Source of the DNA: Octopus sinensis
Lineage: Eukaryota
Assembly: GCF_006345805.1 (NCBI RefSeq)
Contig: NC_043026.1
Location: 1,426,001-1,490,000, forward strand
DNA length: 64,000 nt
Direction of reading: 5' to 3'
Made by a program: the position numbers and the translations under genes. Under the pieces are notes generated by a model. That model worked only from the letters and a program-made list of their open reading frames with translations. It had not been told where the DNA came from and made no database searches. How positions within the stretch are numbered: the stretch's first letter is position 1; the number at the start of each line of letters is the position of its first letter. Of the stretch, positions 60,993-64,000 are shown piece by piece.

Positions 60993-62150
60993 GAGATTTA
61001 TCTCATCAATGCTTATTTTCTAATTATTTTTCTAATGAAAAGTTGTTTAAATGTTGATTAGACTGCTTTATAAATGGAATTATTTTTTATCTTTTACTTG
61101 TTTCAGTCATTTGACTGAGGCCATGCTGGGGCACTGCACTGGGTGAGACACTGCTTTGAACTGGGGCAAAAAATTTATATTTTATTTTGTGTATACTCTA
61201 TAAAGGCACAGCTGTGGATGTGTGCTTAAGAAGCTTGTGTTCAGTCCCTTGGCCAAATGCTTTCTCCAGCCCCAGATTGACCAAAGCCTTGTAATGGATT
61301 TAGTTGATGAAAACTGAAAGAAGCAGCCTGTTATGTGTCATCATTGTCATCATCATTTATTGTCCTTTGTCCATGGGTTGGATGGTTTGACCAGAGCTGG
61401 CAAGCTGGACGGTTGCACCAGACTGATTTGGCATGGTTTCTACAGCTGGATGCCCTTCCTAAACCCTTCTGAGAGTATAATGAGTGTTTTTAATTGCCAC
61501 CAGCATGGGTGCCATTTGCGTGACACCAGTATCTGCCATGACTGTGATTTTACTTGGCTTCATGGGTCTTCTTCTCAAACACAACATAATGCTAATGGTC
61601 TCAGTCATTCGTTACTGCCTTTGTGAAGCGTAACACTCTAAAAGTGCTTTTCATGTGCCACCAGCATCAGCCAATTTACCTCCATGGGGCCTTTACCTAA
61701 TATATAGTACTGAGCATTGACAATATATTAATTGAAGTGTACAATTTTATATATTCATTATGGCCGATCTTACCAATTGGTTTCACACTTGGGGTTCAAC
61801 GAAGTGTTAGGTAATAGTCTGAATATGTAACCCTGCACTCTTCAGAGGTAGCTGCTATGGAAAGAAATATGACAACTGCTCTCTATTGTTGTAGATGAAT
61901 AGACTTTTCCAGCCTGTGACTTCTGTGAAAATGTGTGTGTGTGTGTGTGTACCAATAAGTAACAGGCTTTAAAATTTGCTCAACTAAACCATTTAAGGTG
62001 GTGACCCAACATGGCCACAGTCCAAAGACTAAAACAAGTAAAAGATAAAAGATGCTTGAAAATTATGAAGTAAATATCTTCTTCAGATTTGAATATTTTC
62101 AGGAAAATAAATGTTGTTTTTGTTCATATTTCATTATAGATCTGCTTGAC

Positions 62151-64000
62151 ATGTCTTCTCAGGTGCAGAAAGACAGACAGAATACCAAAAAACATTTTTT
62201 CCGGTGTGCTAACGATTCTGCCAGCTTGTCACCAAGTATGAATCTAACATTAAAGGAAGAGGAAGACAGCTTCAAGATGCCATCATTCAAAATGAAAACA
62301 GCTTTAACAGATTATTATAACAAATATAAAGATGAAAATGAAACGATGACAGAGGAAGTTTCAAAAAATTGCAGAAGCAAAAGCCATAATAAAGGTGACC
62401 AGACAAAGCAGGAAATAGTTAAAGTACCAAGTATTTTGTCCAAAATTGGACACAAACTAATAATGAAAGAATATGCAAACAATTTGAAAATGCTGAAAAT
62501 CAAAAAGAATGAATTTTGTATTTACTTAGAAAGTGAAGGACTAAATACAGAACTTTTTAAGCAAGATTTTAAACACACAATAAACAGATTGTTTAAAACC
62601 AATTCTGATGATTCTATTGTTCAGAAAGAAGTTGCCTCTTTTCTTGAACAATGTTTTAACTTATACACAAACGGCAATTCTTTCTTTTACAAGAACATTG
62701 CCATGCAAAAGCCATTGGAAAAGTTTCGTCCACTCTCACCGGCTGTGCCCAGAACATTAAATTTCAGTGCTTCAGATAAAGATTCTCCAAACACAATTTC
62801 AAATATCATCAGAATCGAAGGTGGAATAGCGACTTATTCACGACATTTAATGACTTTATCTTGTTTCACAACAGACGGTGACTGCAATGTTGTTCATAGT
62901 CCTTCTCCAGTCACGGATCTTACCAGAGTTGATAAACAAACTGTTATGGCAACAATCCCATTCAGGAAAAAAATTATCTTTATCAATCCTTCTAGTTGTC
63001 AAATGAAAACTTTTCATTGTGGCTTTAACAAAATTACTTTTGTGAAAAATTGTACCTTTTTAGGTATCAAATTGTTTAGTAAAATAATATACCTCGTAGA
63101 CTGGGTTCATAATACAGTTGAAAGCATATTTAGTCTGAAAGACGACCCTGCAAATATCGCCGTAGGAACAAATGATAGCGTGTTAATAACATTTGCCAAT
63201 ATAAATAGAATTGTTTGTTATAATTTTGAAGGTCAACAGTTATTTCAGTTATATAGCCATTCTCTCACTTCTCCAACTGACCTCACTGTTTATGGCAACT
63301 TTTTTTATGTCCTCCAAGGAAAGATCATTTATAAGATTTCATCACAGAGAGAAATTGCGATAAAAGCTCAATATTTTTCTGTAGGCACCAAAAATATTTT
63401 CTTTTCTGATTATTTCGGTGTTGGACATGTTGTTGAGAGAAATAAAGACTTTTGGCCAAGGTTAACTTGCTCACAGCAGAAACAAACCCCTGTTTTGAAC
63501 AATCAAATTTACATTGATGACCCCTACCATATTAAAAAGATTCTGCCCATGACAAGCTCTTCTGTGTTAGTTACTTATTGGAATCTGAAAGCTATATTAT
63601 TTACTGATAATGGAACAAAAATTTGGAGAAAATCCTTAACTTTCCAGTTTCAACCTACTGACTTTTGTAGATTGGACTCAAGCTCATTTCTTGTTCTGTT
63701 TAAAGAAAACAGGAAAATTCAATATATTACATGCCTTGTTGATTGTCCAGTACTAAACCAAGGCCCCTTGATAGACATCCATGCTCATTACATTCAAATC
63801 TGTCATATAGTATCCAATAAGTTTTTGGCTCTAACCACTGAGGAAAACAAAGAGGTACATATTCTGTTGGTTAAGGAGGATAAAGTTGTTATTGAAAATA
63901 GAATTTCATTAGAACATTGTGATGTCAGCATTGCTGCAACTCCAATCAATTTTGTTGTTGTAATGAAGAAAGAACATAAACTGGTATTTTATTCAATTGA
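62151..64000 (+). CDS. Long single-exon ORF open to window end; helical N-terminal part followed by NHL-like beta-propeller repeats
   Basis: No stop from 62049 to 64000; ATGs at 62052, 62151, 62238 (587 codons from the last); acceptor TTTCATTATAG at 62139; blade-like motifs DDPANIAVGTNDSVLITFANINRIVCYNFEGQQL and SPTDLTVYGNFFYVL. Coding status is well supported; the fold is inferred. Confidence 0.82.
   Translation, partial: MSSQVQKDRQNTKKHFFRCANDSASLSPSMNLTLKEEEDSFKMPSFKMKTALTDYYNKYKDENETMTEEVSKNCRSKSHNKGDQTKQEIVKVPSILSKIGHKLIMKEYANNLKMLKIKKNEFCIYLESEGLNTELFKQDFKHTINRLFKTNSDDSIVQKEVASFLEQCFNLYTNGNSFFYKNIAMQKPLEKFRPLSPAVPRTLNFSASDKDSPNTISNIIRIEGGIATYSRHLMTLSCFTTDGDCNVVHSPSPVTDLTRVDKQTVMATIPFRKKIIFINPSSCQMKTFHCGFNKITFVKNCTFLGIKLFSKIIYLVDWVHNTVESIFSLKDDPANIAVGTNDSVLITFANINRIVCYNFEGQQLFQLYSHSLTSPTDLTVYGNFFYVLQGKIIYKISSQREIAIKAQYFSVGTKNIFFSDYFGVGHVVERNKDFWPRLTCSQQKQTPVLNNQIYIDDPYHIKKILPMTSSSVLVTYWNLKAILFTDNGTKIWRKSLTFQFQPTDFCRLDSSSFLVLFKENRKIQYITCLVDCPVLNQGPLIDIHAHYIQICHIVSNKFLALTTEENKEVHILLVKEDKVVIENRISLEHCDVSIAATPINFVVVMKKEHKLVFYSI
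62172..62233 (-). mobile_element. 62-bp SINE head, antisense and in frame within the ORF
   Basis: 21-nt exact match (AGCTGGCAGAATCGTTAGCAC) to the SINE head at 39205 with collinear flanks. Confidence 0.85.

Overview
AT-rich, microsatellite-dense eukaryotic DNA with one 100-N gap. The repeat content (tRNA-headed SINEs, RTE LINEs with (GAT)n tails, abundant TA/CA repeats) suggests a coleoid cephalopod, probably Octopus; this is an inference. Most of the window is decayed mobile DNA: RTE LINEs of two families, mariner, Tc1, a Buster/Charlie hAT, SINEs, Helentron-like elements, LTR-like pieces and many Penelope-like (PLE) fragments. Host-type coding sequence is limited to a long stop-free ORF running off the right end (beta-propeller/NHL-like, missed by the ORF track), two phase-compatible exons of an unidentified + strand gene, and a 5'-inverted processed pseudogene of the mitochondrial phosphate carrier SLC25A3. 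The main unexplained signal is about 18 minimal type I hammerhead-ribozyme (HHR) motifs from several unrelated PLE-like repeat families, found by eye. They include long-helix-II forms, a U3-A8 core variant and zero-loop dimer-type forms. Two inverted duplications have breakpoints at or within 1 nt of a predicted self-cleavage site. All folding and alignment was manual; no database search was run.
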